Origin: a virus
Lineage: Duplodnaviria > Caudoviricetes
Direction: 5' to 3' (one strand)
DNA: 38,410 nt
IMG/VR virus record: IMGVR_UViG_3300031965_001178
Coordinates: 1-38,410 of that record
The notes beneath the pieces are model-generated. The model was given only the letters and a program-made list of their open reading frames with translations. It was not told the origin of the DNA and ran no database searches. Below, piece after piece: positions 25,517 to 35,255 of this stretch; within the stretch, counting starts at the first letter, position 1, and each line of letters begins with the position of its first letter. The position numbers and the translations under genes are program-made.

Positions 25517-25849
25517 ATGTCCTTGAAGATCGTCGACGAGCTGACCTTCACCCACACGGTCTGGGTCATGACGCCGTCGGACGGCGGAGCGACCAAGGAA
25601 AGCCTCAAGGCGACATTTCGCGTCCTCGATGTCGACGAGGCGCGGTCGTTCGATCTGTCGGATGGCGCCGGCGTCACCGATTTCCTGGAGCGGATCGTCG
25701 TGCGGCTCGACGATATCGTCGGGGCCGACAACAGGCCGATCCCCTACTCCGACGGGGTGCGAAAGAAGCTCGTCAAGCTGCCGCATGTCCGCGCGGCGCT
25801 GGCGCAGGCCTATTTCGAGGCGGTCGGCGGCGCGCGCGCGGGAAACTGA
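25517..25849 (+). CDS. Tail assembly chaperone (lambda G-like)
   Basis: Lies between the tube and tape measure genes and ends ...GCG GGA AAC TGA. Confidence 0.8.
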   Translation: MSLKIVDELTFTHTVWVMTPSDGGATKESLKATFRVLDVDEARSFDLSDGAGVTDFLERIVVRLDDIVGADNRPIPYSDGVRKKLVKLPHVRAALAQAYFEAVGGARAGN

Positions 25850-26280
25850 GATGGGCCGCTCGGGCCTGGGTGTCGGGCGGCCTTGCGGACAGCGCGGCGG
25901 AGCCGGAGGCGGTCGGCGACGCGCGGGCCTTCGGCCTCGACGCGGAGTCCATCGAGAAGGTGCGCCGGTGGCACCGGTCGACGGGCGGCGCCGGCCCCCG
26001 CGACGGCGTCTGGCGCGGCAACGCGGAGATCGTCGAGCTGTTCCTGCTGGTGGCCACTCAATGGCGCGTCGTGAATGTCCCGGCCGCACGTGGCGGGCTC
26101 CGGGCCCACGCCATCGGTCTCGACTACGCGGCGGTTGCGGCGGGGCTGGCTGGCGCTGGAGTGCGAGCGACGCCGGAGCTCTGGCGCGGGCTCATGATCA
26201 TGGAAGCGGCGGCGCGCGACGCGCTCAACGGATTGGAGAGATCAGATGACGCTCCGCCTCGCGCTGGTCATCGAGGGTGA
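25840..26280 (+). CDS. DUF1799-like chaperone extension made by a programmed -1 frameshift (G-T fusion)
   Basis: Slippery G GGA AAC at 25840-25846. The -1 frame is open and encodes VW..N...F....TQWR...GLDY...L.IME, with no good independent start. Confidence 0.8.
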   Translation, partial: GKLRWAARAWVSGGLADSAAEPEAVGDARAFGLDAESIEKVRRWHRSTGGAGPRDGVWRGNAEIVELFLLVATQWRVVNVPAARGGLRAHAIGLDYAAVAAGLAGAGVRATPELWRGLMIMEAAARDALNGLERSDDAPPRAGHRG

Positions 26281-27997
26281 CGCGGAGGGCGCCAGAAAGG
26301 CGCTCGACGACACCTCGAAGGGCATTGGCGACCTCGCCAAGACGGCGCGGTCCGCCTCCGGGCCGACGGAACAGACCGCCGGGGCGGTCGATCATCTCGC
26401 CGCGGCGTCGGGCGAGGCGGGCCCGGCGCTCGGCAGGATCGCGGTCGAGGCGCCCAAGGCCGCGACCGGACTCGTCCGCGCCGGCGAAGCCGCCGGCCGC
26501 GCGGGGGGCGGGATCGGCCGGCTGTCCGGGGCGCTGACGGCGATCGGTGCCGGTCTGGTCGCTGGCGCCCTCGTCGCCGGGTTCTCGGCCGGCGCCGACC
26601 AGGCGCTGCGGTTCGTCGGCGCGATCCTCGATCGCGACGGGGAGATCAAGGAGGTGCTCGAGGCGCACGACGATGTGGTCGGGCGCATCCGCGACAAATA
26701 TGTCGCCGCGGCCAAGGGCGCGCACGACTTCGGCGAGGAGACGATCCGCGTCCTTCGCTTCCGCGCCCAACAGAACGTGCCGGATATCGAGGAGGCGCTG
26801 GCATCCGAGGTGAGCGCCGTGTTCCGGGCGGGCGGAACCCGCGACACGTTCTTCGGCGAACATCTGCAAGACCTCGGCGCCTTCGCCGAGCCGGTCCGGC
26901 GCCTGCGCGAGGAGGCGCGCGACGGCCGCGCCGACGTCCAGGGCTTCCGCGAGGAGGTCGCCGATCTCGCGGCGGCCCTCGCCGAGGACGATTCACTGCG
27001 CGAATGGGCGTCGGCCGTCCTCGATGCGACCGACCGCGCCGCCGAGCTCGAGGCCGACCTCGCCCAGGCGAGGAATACGGTGGCCGGGCTCCAAGGCGAC
27101 ACCGAGGCGGCCCAGCGCGCGCTCGGAACGCTGCCGGACGCGTTTCGCGACGCCGGCCAGGCGGCCGCGGACGAGGCGAAGAACCTGGCCACCTTCCGGC
27201 GCGAGCTGGAGGCGCTCAGCGGCACTGGCGCCGATTCCGGGGGCGGTGGCGGCGAAAGCTCTCCGGGGTTCTTCGAGCGGCTCGGCCTGTTCGCGTCTGG
27301 CGGCTTCTTTGTCGACCGGCCGACGCTGTTCGGCTTCGGGCGCGGCTCGCTCGGCCTCATGGGCGAGGCCGGCCCCGAGGCGATCATGCCGCTCCGGCGC
27401 GGCGCCGCCGGTCTCGGTGTCGAGACGCAAGGTGGCGGCACGGTGCCGGTCGTCCGCCTCGCCAGCGGCAATCTCGGCATCGGCGCGGTCGCGCATGCCG
27501 CCGGCGGCGTCATCGATGGGCGGATTGTCCGGTTCCAATCCGGCGGCGTCATCGGCCAGGTCCGCGCCGGCCTGCAGGGGCTCGGCCGTGACATGCTCAA
27601 CGGGGTGAGCTTCGCCGACGCGCTCTCGAACGCGGCATTGCGCCTGTCGGATCGGCTGCTCGATCTCGCCTTCAACAGCGCCTTCGACGCGCTGGTCGGC
27701 GGCGGCACCGGTGGCGGCGGGGTCTTCAGCAATGTCCTCGGGCAGGCCTTCGGCGGGTTTCGCCAGCACGGCGGCCCGCTGATGCCGGGCCGCTGGTACG
27801 TCGCCGGCGAGGCGGGCCCGGAACCGATCTGGGGCGGCGGGCCCGGCGCCTTCGCGGTGCCCGCGGGCGCCGGCGCCCCGGCCACGGTCAACAACTTCTA
27901 TGTGTCGACTCCCAACCCCCGCGCCTTCGCCGAGCACCGCGGCCAGGTGGCTCGCGGCGCCGCGCGGCTGATCGCGCGGTCGGAGCGTCACACCTGA
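26246..27997 (+). CDS. Tape measure protein (short, 583 aa) with a GTA-like C-terminus
   Basis: Ala/Gly-rich helical sequence, two GEAGPE motifs, C-terminal AFAEHRGQVARGAARLIARSERH; follows the chaperones. Confidence 0.8.
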   Translation: MTLRLALVIEGDAEGARKALDDTSKGIGDLAKTARSASGPTEQTAGAVDHLAAASGEAGPALGRIAVEAPKAATGLVRAGEAAGRAGGGIGRLSGALTAIGAGLVAGALVAGFSAGADQALRFVGAILDRDGEIKEVLEAHDDVVGRIRDKYVAAAKGAHDFGEETIRVLRFRAQQNVPDIEEALASEVSAVFRAGGTRDTFFGEHLQDLGAFAEPVRRLREEARDGRADVQGFREEVADLAAALAEDDSLREWASAVLDATDRAAELEADLAQARNTVAGLQGDTEAAQRALGTLPDAFRDAGQAAADEAKNLATFRRELEALSGTGADSGGGGGESSPGFFERLGLFASGGFFVDRPTLFGFGRGSLGLMGEAGPEAIMPLRRGAAGLGVETQGGGTVPVVRLASGNLGIGAVAHAAGGVIDGRIVRFQSGGVIGQVRAGLQGLGRDMLNGVSFADALSNAALRLSDRLLDLAFNSAFDALVGGGTGGGGVFSNVLGQAFGGFRQHGGPLMPGRWYVAGEAGPEPIWGGGPGAFAVPAGAGAPATVNNFYVSTPNPRAFAEHRGQVARGAARLIARSERHT

Positions 27998-28011
27998 GGG
28001 CCGGGCGGTAG

Positions 28012-28650
28012 ATGGTCGACACCTCGTTCATGGATGACGTTCGCTTCCCGACCCTGATCTCGTGGGGCTCGGTCGGCGGCCCCGACTGGCTGGTCGAGGT
28101 CGTGGCGCTCGCGTCCGGCTTCGAGGAGCGCAACTCGCCCTGGTCGGCGCCGCTGAGGCGGTACGACGCCAAGTACGGCGTCCGCGACTTCGACGAGCTC
28201 TACGAGGTCCAGACGCTCTACCTCGCCGCCATGGGGCGCCTCAGGGGCTTCCGCCTCAAGGACTGGACCGACTACCGGTCGGCGTCGCCGACCGCGACGC
28301 CGACCGACCTCGATCAGGTGATCGGCACCGGCGACGGCGCGACGGCCGCGTTCCAGCTCGTCAAGACCTACGCCGTGGCCGCCCACAGCTTCGCGCGCAA
28401 GATCGCAAAGCCGGTCGCGGGCACGGTCGTCGTCGCCGTCGACGCGGTGGCGAAGACCGAGGGGGTCGACTTCACCGTCGACACCGCGACCGGGGTCGTC
28501 ACCTTCACTTCGCCGCCGCCGGCCTCGGCCCAGATCACCGCCGGCTACGAGTTCGACGTTCCGGCGAGGTTCGATGCCGCCCTCGACCTCACGATCCGCG
28601 GGCCGATCGGCGATATTCCGTCGATCCCGCTGGTCGAGCTCAAGGTCTGA
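28012..28650 (+). CDS. DUF2460 distal tail protein (RcGTA g12-like)
   Basis: F.DVRFP..IS.GS.GGP, SGFEERNSPW, GFRLKDWTDY and AGYEFDVPARFD motifs. Confidence 0.92.
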   Translation: MVDTSFMDDVRFPTLISWGSVGGPDWLVEVVALASGFEERNSPWSAPLRRYDAKYGVRDFDELYEVQTLYLAAMGRLRGFRLKDWTDYRSASPTATPTDLDQVIGTGDGATAAFQLVKTYAVAAHSFARKIAKPVAGTVVVAVDAVAKTEGVDFTVDTATGVVTFTSPPPASAQITAGYEFDVPARFDAALDLTIRGPIGDIPSIPLVELKV

Positions 28651-28653
28651 GCC

Positions 28654-29541
28654 GTGAAGGCGATCGGCGCCGGGCTCCAGGCGATGCTGGACACGGGTGT
28701 CACGACGGTCGCGCTGTGCTGGAAGGTCACCCGCGCCGACAGCGCGGTCCAGGGTTTCACCGAGCACGACCGCGACATCACCTTCGACAGCGTGACCTAC
28801 AAGGCCGCGAGCGGCTTCACCGCGAGCGAGATCGAGCATTCCCTGGGCCTCGCGGTCGACGGCCTCGAGGCGTCCGGCGCCCTCTCTTCGGCCGCGATCA
28901 CCGAGGACGATCTCGCGCGCGGCCACTACGACGGCGCCGCGCTCGAAATCATCGCGGTCAACTGGGACGATCCCTCCGAACGGGTGACGCTCATGGCGGG
29001 ATCGATCGGCGAGGTGCGGCGCGGCAGGACCGCGTTCCAGGCCGAGATCAGGTCCATCGTCCATGTGCTCGCCCAGGCGACCGGCCGGACCTACCAGTAT
29101 TATTGCGACGCCGATCTCGGCGATGCCCGCTGCGCCGTCGACCTCGACGACCCGGCGTTCAAGGGATCGGGAACGGTGACGGCGAGCGACGGCCTCGCCA
29201 TCGTCGCGTCGGGCCTCGGAGCCTTCGCGGACGGCTGGTTCACCGGCGGCAGGCTGATCTGGACCGGAGGCCCCAATTCCGGCCTCGCCTTCGAGGTCAA
29301 GGCGCATCACCTGACCTCGGTGGTCACGCTGGTGCTGTGGGCGGCGCCGCCGGACCCGATCGGCGCCGGCGACACCTTCGATGTCACCGCCGGCTGCGAC
29401 AAGTCGCTCGCCGTCTGCAAGGCGAAGTTCTCCAATGTCGTGAACTTCCGCGGCTTTCCCCACATGCCGGGCAACGACGTGGTCCAGTCCTATCCGAACC
29501 GGGGCGAGAAGGACCTCGACGGCGGGAGCCTGTTCCGGTGA
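28654..29541 (+). CDS. DUF2163/BR0599 baseplate hub protein (RcGTA g13-like)
   Basis: GFTEHDRD, CDADLGDARC, AGCDK...C..KF.N..NFRGFPHMPGND motifs. Confidence 0.92.
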   Translation: MKAIGAGLQAMLDTGVTTVALCWKVTRADSAVQGFTEHDRDITFDSVTYKAASGFTASEIEHSLGLAVDGLEASGALSSAAITEDDLARGHYDGAALEIIAVNWDDPSERVTLMAGSIGEVRRGRTAFQAEIRSIVHVLAQATGRTYQYYCDADLGDARCAVDLDDPAFKGSGTVTASDGLAIVASGLGAFADGWFTGGRLIWTGGPNSGLAFEVKAHHLTSVVTLVLWAAPPDPIGAGDTFDVTAGCDKSLAVCKAKFSNVVNFRGFPHMPGNDVVQSYPNRGEKDLDGGSLFR

Positions 29542-30023
29542 ACCGCGACGACATCATCGTCGCCGCCGCGCGGAGCTGGATCGGAACGCCCTACCATCAC
29601 CAGGCGAGCCTCAAGGGGGTCGGCTGCGACTGTCTCGGGCTCATCCGCGGCGTGTGGCGCGAGGTCACGGGGATCGAGGCGGAGTCGCCGCCTCCCTATT
29701 CGCCGGACTGGGCCGAGGCGAGGGGCGAGGAGACGATGCTCGAAGCCGCGCGGCGGCATCTGGTCGAAATGACCGGCGACTGGCGCCAATTCATCGGGCC
29801 AGGCGACGTGCTCCTGTTCCGGTTGCGCCGGGGCGCGCTCGTCAAGCATGCCGCGATCCATACCGGCGGCGCGCGGATGATCCATGCATACACCGGCCGC
29901 GCCGTCGTCGAGGTGCACATGGGCGAGTGGTGGCACCGCCGGCTGGCCGCCGCGTTCCGGTTTCCCGGGCTCGATCGCGAAGACGGACGAGAGGCGGCCG
30001 TCGCGCCGCGAGGGGCGCTCTGA
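29538..30023 (+). CDS. NlpC/P60 cell-wall peptidase (RcGTA g14-like)
   Basis: ARSWIGTPYHHQASLKGVGCDCLGLIRGVWR...KHAAI...IHAY. Confidence 0.92.
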   Translation: MNRDDIIVAAARSWIGTPYHHQASLKGVGCDCLGLIRGVWREVTGIEAESPPPYSPDWAEARGEETMLEAARRHLVEMTGDWRQFIGPGDVLLFRLRRGALVKHAAIHTGGARMIHAYTGRAVVEVHMGEWWHRRLAAAFRFPGLDREDGREAAVAPRGAL

Positions 30024-33000
30024 TGGCGACTCTGGTCCTGACCGCGGCGGTGAGCGCGACCGGGATCACCGGGGTCGGCGGCGCGCTTCTGGGTCTCGGC
30101 GCCGCGGTCGCCGGCAATCTCATCGATCGGGCGCTGTTCGGCCGGGGCGATGTCTCATCGTCGAGCGTCGTCGCGCGCGAGGGACCGCGGCTTCGGGAAA
30201 TGCATATCACCGCCTCGACCGAGGGCGCGCCGGTGAGCCGGCTGTGGGGCCGCTCGCGGCTCGGCGGCGAGATGATCTGGGCGACGAGGTTCCGCGAGGT
30301 CAAGAAGACGACCTCGACCACGACGACCACCACCACGAGCGGCGGCAAGGGCGGCGGGGGGTCGACCCAGACCTCCTCGACGACGACCAACACCACGACC
30401 TACCACTATTTCTGCTCATTCGCGGTCGCGTTCTGCGAGGGCCCGGCCGCCTCCCTCGGCCGGGTCTGGGCCGACGGCAAGGAGCTCGACCTGTCGCGCT
30501 TCACCTGGCGGTTCCATCGCGGCACCGAGACCCAGACGCCCGATTCCTTCATCGAGACCGTCGAGGGCGCCGGTAACGTCCCGGCCTATCGGGGCGTCTC
30601 CTATCTCGTGTTCGAGGAGATGCCGCTCGAATCCTTCGGCAACCGCATTCCCCAGATCACCGCCGAGATCATGAAGCCGACGAGCGGCGGCCTCGACGCG
30701 GAGCAGCTCCTGAAGGCCGTGACGCTGATCCCCGGTTCGGGCGAGTTCGTCTACGCCACCACCATCCACGTGAAGACCGGCAACGAGACCGACGCCAGGG
30801 CCGAGAACATGAACAACGGCCGTGGCGTCGCCGACATCGAGGTCTCGCTCGACCGGCTCGGCGAGATCTGCCCCAATCTGGGCGCGGTTCTGCTGGTGGT
30901 CGCCTGGTTCGGCGACGATCTGCGCGCGGGAAGCTGCACCGTCCGCCCCAGGGTCGAGGTCGCGTCGAAGACCGTGACGCCGGCATCGTGGCGGGTGAAT
31001 GGCGTCGTGCGGTCCGCGGCGCTCACCGTATCCGTCGATGGCGAGGGCCGCCCGGTCTATGGCGGCACGCCGTCCGACCATGTCGTGGTCGAGGCGATCA
31101 AGGAATTGAAGGCGCGCGGCCACGAGGTGATCTTCTACCCGTTCGTCCTCATGGACATTCCGGCCGGCAACGGCCTTCCCGACCCTTACGGCGGGCCCGA
31201 GCAGGGGGCGTTCCCGTGGCGCGGGCGCATCACCTGCGACCCGGCGCCAGGCGAGCCGGGAACGGTCGACAAGACCGCCGCGGCGGCGAGCCAGGTCGAT
31301 TCGTTCTTCGGCGCCGCCGCCGCCGGCGATTTCACCGTCACCGGAGAGGAGGTCGACTGGTCGGGCGGCGCCGGCGAATGGGGCTACCGGCGCATGGCGC
31401 TTCACTATGCCCATCTCTGCGAGGCCGCCGGCGGGGTCGACGGCTTCGTCATCGCATCCGAGCTCGTCGGGCTCACCGGCGTGCGCTCGTCGGCGAGCGC
31501 CTATCCCGCGGTCGGCGAGCTTGCGACCCTCGCGGGCGATCTCGCCGGAGTGCTCGCCGCCTCGACGAAGCTCACCTATGCCGCCGACTGGTCGGAGTAT
31601 CACAGCCACCGGCCGGATGACGGCTCGGGCGATGTCCACTTCAACCTCGATCCGCTGTGGGCCGACGCCAATATCGACGCCGTCGGCATCGACAACTACC
31701 TGCCGCTCGCCGACTGGCGGGACGGCATAGCCCACCTCGATTACGATCCGGCCGGGCCGACCTCGACCTACGATCTCGCCTATCTGCAGGCGAACATCGA
31801 GGGCGGCGAGTTTTTCGACTGGTTCTACGTCGACACCGCCGCCCGGGACGCGCAGACGCGCACCACCATCACCGATGCCGCCTATTCGAAGCCCTGGGTG
31901 TTCCGCGACAAGGACATCAGGGGCTGGTGGCTGAACCAGCATTTCGACCGCCCGGCCGGCGTCGAATCCGGGACGCCGACCGCCTGGACCGGCGAGGGAA
32001 AGCCGGTCTGGTTCACCGAGTTCGGCTGCCCGGCGGTCGACAAGGGCGCGAACCAGCCGAACGTGTTCGTCGATCCGAAGTCGTCGGAAAGCGCCCTGCC
32101 GTATTATTCGAGCGGCCGGCGCGACGATCTGATCCAGCGCCGCTATCTCGAGGCGCATCTGCGCTACTGGGACCCGGCCGGGGGCAACAACCCGATCTCG
32201 TCGGTCTATTCGGACCGGATGATCGACACCGCCCGCATGTTCGCCTGGACATGGGACGCGCGGCCCTATCCCGATTTCCCGTTCCGGGCCGACGTCTGGT
32301 CGGACGCGCCCAATTACGAGCTCGGCCACTGGCTCACCGGCCGCCTCGGCCAGCTGTCGCTCGCGCGCCTCGTCGAGCTGATCTGCGGCCTGGTCGGGCT
32401 GACGGCGATCGACGTGACCGGCCTCTACGGGATCAACACCACGGTCAAGGGGTTCGTCGCCGACCGGGTGATGACGCCGCGGGCGATGCTCGAAACCCTG
32501 ATGCGGGCGTTCCAGTTCGACGCCTTCGAGTCGGGCGCGATCCTCGTCTTCCGGCTGCGCGGCCAGCCGGCGGCCCTGTCGCTCGCCGAGGATGATCTCG
32601 CCCTCGGCGGCGACGCGGCCTCGCCCTACGAGGTGACGCGCGCCCAGGAGAGCGAGCTTCCGCAGACCGTGCGCGTCACCTTCATCGACGAGGGCCGCAG
32701 CTACCTCACCGGCGCCGCCGAGGGGCGCAAGCTCGTCGGCGGCAGCCTCGGCGTCGTCGAGGTCCAGCTTCCGGTGGTGCTGGCGCAGGACTACGCGCGC
32801 GGGCTCGCCGATGCCATGGTCCAGGCCGCCTGGATCAACCGGGAGGCCGCGTCCGCCGCGCTGCCGCCGTCGCGCCTCGCCCTCGACGCCGGCGACGTTG
32901 TCGACATCACCCTCGGCGGGCGCACGAGGGCGATGCAGATCGGCCGCATTTCCGCGGGTCTCTCCCGTGTCCTGGAACTCACCGAGGTCGGCGGCCGGGT

Positions 33001-34036
33001 TCCGGGCGAGGTCGCCGAGGCGACCGGACGCGACCCGACCATCGGGCCGGTCACGATCTATGGGCCGACAACGGTCGAATTCCTCGACATCCCGTTGCTG
33101 CCGGGAGCCGAGGTCGCGCCGCATGCCCCGCGGCTCGCCGCCCATCAGCTGCCGTGGCCGGGCGAGGTCGCGATCTACCGCGCCCAGCCCGGCGGCGGCT
33201 TCCAGCTGATCAATTCCATCGCCAACCAGGCGGTGATCGGCGAGCTCACGGAGCCTCTCGCCTCTGGGCCGGTCTGGCGCTGGGACCGGGCGAGCGCGAT
33301 CGAGGTTCAGCTCTACACATCGCAGCTGTCCTCGTCCGACGAGCGGGCGGTGCTCGCCGGCGGCAATGTTCTGGCGATCGAGAACGCCGATGGCGGCTGG
33401 GAAATCGTCCAGTATGTCACCGCGACGCTGCTCGCGACGCGCAAATACCGGCTCACCCAGCTGTTGCGCGGCCAGCTCGGGACCGAGACCGAGATGCGCG
33501 ATCCGGTCGCCGCCGGCGCCCGCGTCGTCCTTCTCGACGCCGACGCCCTGGAGGTCCTCGATCTCACCCACGATCAGCGGCTGATCGACATCACCTACCG
33601 CCATGGTCCGGCGCCCTACGGTCACGATCACCAGAGCTTCACCGAGGTCACGCGCGCCTTCGCCGGAGTGGGTCTGAGGCCGCTGTCGCCGTCCCGGCTC
33701 GACGCGGTGCGGCCGGACGGGAGCAGCGACATTTCGCTTTCGTGGATTCGCCGCACGCGGATCGGCGGCGACAGCTGGGACCAGGTCGATGTTCCCCTCG
33801 CCGAGGAAAGCGAGGCCTACGAGGTCGACATTCTCGATTCCGGCGTGGTGGTGCGGACGATCGCGACGACGACGCCTCAGGCCACCTACACCGCGGCCGA
33901 GCAGACCGCCGACTGGGGCGCGCCGCTCGCCGCGCCCGCGACCCTCGATCTCGAGGTCTATCAGCTGAGCGCGACCTTCGGCCGCGGCATCGCCCTTTCT
34001 CGAACCCTCGCCTTCCCGCTACCGGTGGAGCTCTGA
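30023..34036 (+). CDS. Baseplate multidomain 'megatron' protein with GTA TIM-barrel domain (RcGTA g15-like)
   Basis: EGPRL, GGKG, IPGSGEF, YGGTPSD, YAADWSEY, GIDNYLPLADWRDG, KPVWFTEFGC and WIRRTR motifs; 1337 aa. Confidence 0.93.
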   Translation: MATLVLTAAVSATGITGVGGALLGLGAAVAGNLIDRALFGRGDVSSSSVVAREGPRLREMHITASTEGAPVSRLWGRSRLGGEMIWATRFREVKKTTSTTTTTTTSGGKGGGGSTQTSSTTTNTTTYHYFCSFAVAFCEGPAASLGRVWADGKELDLSRFTWRFHRGTETQTPDSFIETVEGAGNVPAYRGVSYLVFEEMPLESFGNRIPQITAEIMKPTSGGLDAEQLLKAVTLIPGSGEFVYATTIHVKTGNETDARAENMNNGRGVADIEVSLDRLGEICPNLGAVLLVVAWFGDDLRAGSCTVRPRVEVASKTVTPASWRVNGVVRSAALTVSVDGEGRPVYGGTPSDHVVVEAIKELKARGHEVIFYPFVLMDIPAGNGLPDPYGGPEQGAFPWRGRITCDPAPGEPGTVDKTAAAASQVDSFFGAAAAGDFTVTGEEVDWSGGAGEWGYRRMALHYAHLCEAAGGVDGFVIASELVGLTGVRSSASAYPAVGELATLAGDLAGVLAASTKLTYAADWSEYHSHRPDDGSGDVHFNLDPLWADANIDAVGIDNYLPLADWRDGIAHLDYDPAGPTSTYDLAYLQANIEGGEFFDWFYVDTAARDAQTRTTITDAAYSKPWVFRDKDIRGWWLNQHFDRPAGVESGTPTAWTGEGKPVWFTEFGCPAVDKGANQPNVFVDPKSSESALPYYSSGRRDDLIQRRYLEAHLRYWDPAGGNNPISSVYSDRMIDTARMFAWTWDARPYPDFPFRADVWSDAPNYELGHWLTGRLGQLSLARLVELICGLVGLTAIDVTGLYGINTTVKGFVADRVMTPRAMLETLMRAFQFDAFESGAILVFRLRGQPAALSLAEDDLALGGDAASPYEVTRAQESELPQTVRVTFIDEGRSYLTGAAEGRKLVGGSLGVVEVQLPVVLAQDYARGLADAMVQAAWINREAASAALPPSRLALDAGDVVDITLGGRTRAMQIGRISAGLSRVLELTEVGGRVPGEVAEATGRDPTIGPVTIYGPTTVEFLDIPLLPGAEVAPHAPRLAAHQLPWPGEVAIYRAQPGGGFQLINSIANQAVIGELTEPLASGPVWRWDRASAIEVQLYTSQLSSSDERAVLAGGNVLAIENADGGWEIVQYVTATLLATRKYRLTQLLRGQLGTETEMRDPVAAGARVVLLDADALEVLDLTHDQRLIDITYRHGPAPYGHDHQSFTEVTRAFAGVGLRPLSPSRLDAVRPDGSSDISLSWIRRTRIGGDSWDQVDVPLAEESEAYEVDILDSGVVVRTIATTTPQATYTAAEQTADWGAPLAAPATLDLEVYQLSATFGRGIALSRTLAFPLPVEL

Positions 34037-34037
34037 C

Positions 34038-34739
34038 ATGGTCGATACCACCCATCTCGTCCTTCCCCTCCTCGCCGCCAGCCAGGCGCAGAAGCACGTC
34101 ACCCACAACGACGCGCTCCTGCGGCTCGACGCGCTGGTCGCGCTCGCTGTTCTCGACCGCGACCTCGCGGCGCCTCCCGGCGCGCCTTCCGAGGGCGATC
34201 GCTACATCGTCGCCGCCGGCGCCACCGGCGCCTGGTCGGGCCACGATGGCAAGGTCGTCGCCTTCCAGGACGGCGTCTGGGCGGTGTTCGCCCCCCGCGC
34301 CGGCTGGCGCGCCTGGGTCGCGGACGAGGGCCGGATCCTCACCCACAACGGCACCAACTGGCTGGATGCCATCGCCGCGAGCGCCAGCGAGGCGACGATC
34401 GATTTCCACGTCGTCGAGGAGGAAATCACGGTCGCGTCGGGCGCGTTCGTGGATTCGGGCGTCCAGATCCCCGACCGGGCGATCGTGTTCGCGGTCTCGA
34501 CGCGGACGACCGAGGCGGTGACCGGGGCCACGTCCTACGACTGCGGGATCGCCGGCGAGGTGGCCAAGTTCGGCGCGACGCTCGGCGTCGCCGCCGGCTC
34601 GACCAACTCGGGCGTCATCGGCCCGACCGCGTTCTATGCCGCGACCTCCGTCCGGCTCACCGCCAACGGCGCGAACTTCTCCGGGGGCAAGGTGCGCATC
34701 GCCATCCATTACATGCTGTGCGGCGTTCCCGCGTCGTGA
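34038..34739 (+). CDS. DUF2793 tail fibre-like protein
   Basis: LPLLAASQAQKHVTHNDALLRLDALV...P..GDRYIV...W. Confidence 0.9.
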   Translation: MVDTTHLVLPLLAASQAQKHVTHNDALLRLDALVALAVLDRDLAAPPGAPSEGDRYIVAAGATGAWSGHDGKVVAFQDGVWAVFAPRAGWRAWVADEGRILTHNGTNWLDAIAASASEATIDFHVVEEEITVASGAFVDSGVQIPDRAIVFAVSTRTTEAVTGATSYDCGIAGEVAKFGATLGVAAGSTNSGVIGPTAFYAATSVRLTANGANFSGGKVRIAIHYMLCGVPAS

Positions 34740-34767
34740 GCGTCAACCAACCGAGGAGATCACCGAC

Positions 34768-35250
34768 ATGGCAGACGGAGTTTTCAACATCGCCAAGGGG
34801 CGGATCATCGAGCTGTGGAACCGGGTCAAGGCCAACGACCCGGCGGCCTCGGCGCTCGTCGTCGTGCTCTTGAAGGCCAACGAGGCCGAGGCCGCGCTGA
34901 TCGACCGCGACGACCTCGGCGCGGTTCTCGGCGCCGCCGGCACCACCGAGGCCGACTTCACCAACTACGCCCGCAAGGTGCTGACCGACACCGATCTCGC
35001 CGCGCTGGCGTTCGCGCCGGACGACACCAACGACCGGTTCGATGTCGACCTCGGCGACCAGACCTGGACCGCCGCCGGCGGCGCGGCGAACAACACGCTG
35101 ACCAAGCTCCTCGTCTGCTACGACGCCGACACCGCGGCCGGCACCGACGCCGACATCGTGCCGCTCGCCCATTACGACTTCGCGGTGACGACCGACGGCA
35201 ACGATCTCATCGCCCAGTTCAACGCCGCCGGCATCCTCAGGGCGTCGTAG
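34768..35250 (+). CDS. Putative structural (minor tail or fibre-associated) protein
   Basis: Strong GAGGAG RBS; Thr/Asp/Ala-rich beta-type sequence (EADFTNYARK, DQTWTAAGG); located in the structural operon. Confidence 0.6.
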   Translation: MADGVFNIAKGRIIELWNRVKANDPAASALVVVLLKANEAEAALIDRDDLGAVLGAAGTTEADFTNYARKVLTDTDLAALAFAPDDTNDRFDVDLGDQTWTAAGGAANNTLTKLLVCYDADTAAGTDADIVPLAHYDFAVTTDGNDLIAQFNAAGILRAS

Positions 35251-35255
35251 GCGCG

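Noticed and set aside
30302-30400. ACC/ACG trinucleotide-like repeat
   Set aside because: It encodes the Thr-rich linker around the GGKG motif typical of megatron N-termini and is not an independent element.
30416-33631. Very long antisense ORFs (1071 aa here; also 16729-18948, 23741-26089 and others)
   Set aside because: These are shadow ORFs of high-GC3 sense genes, with no recognisable motifs or RBS.
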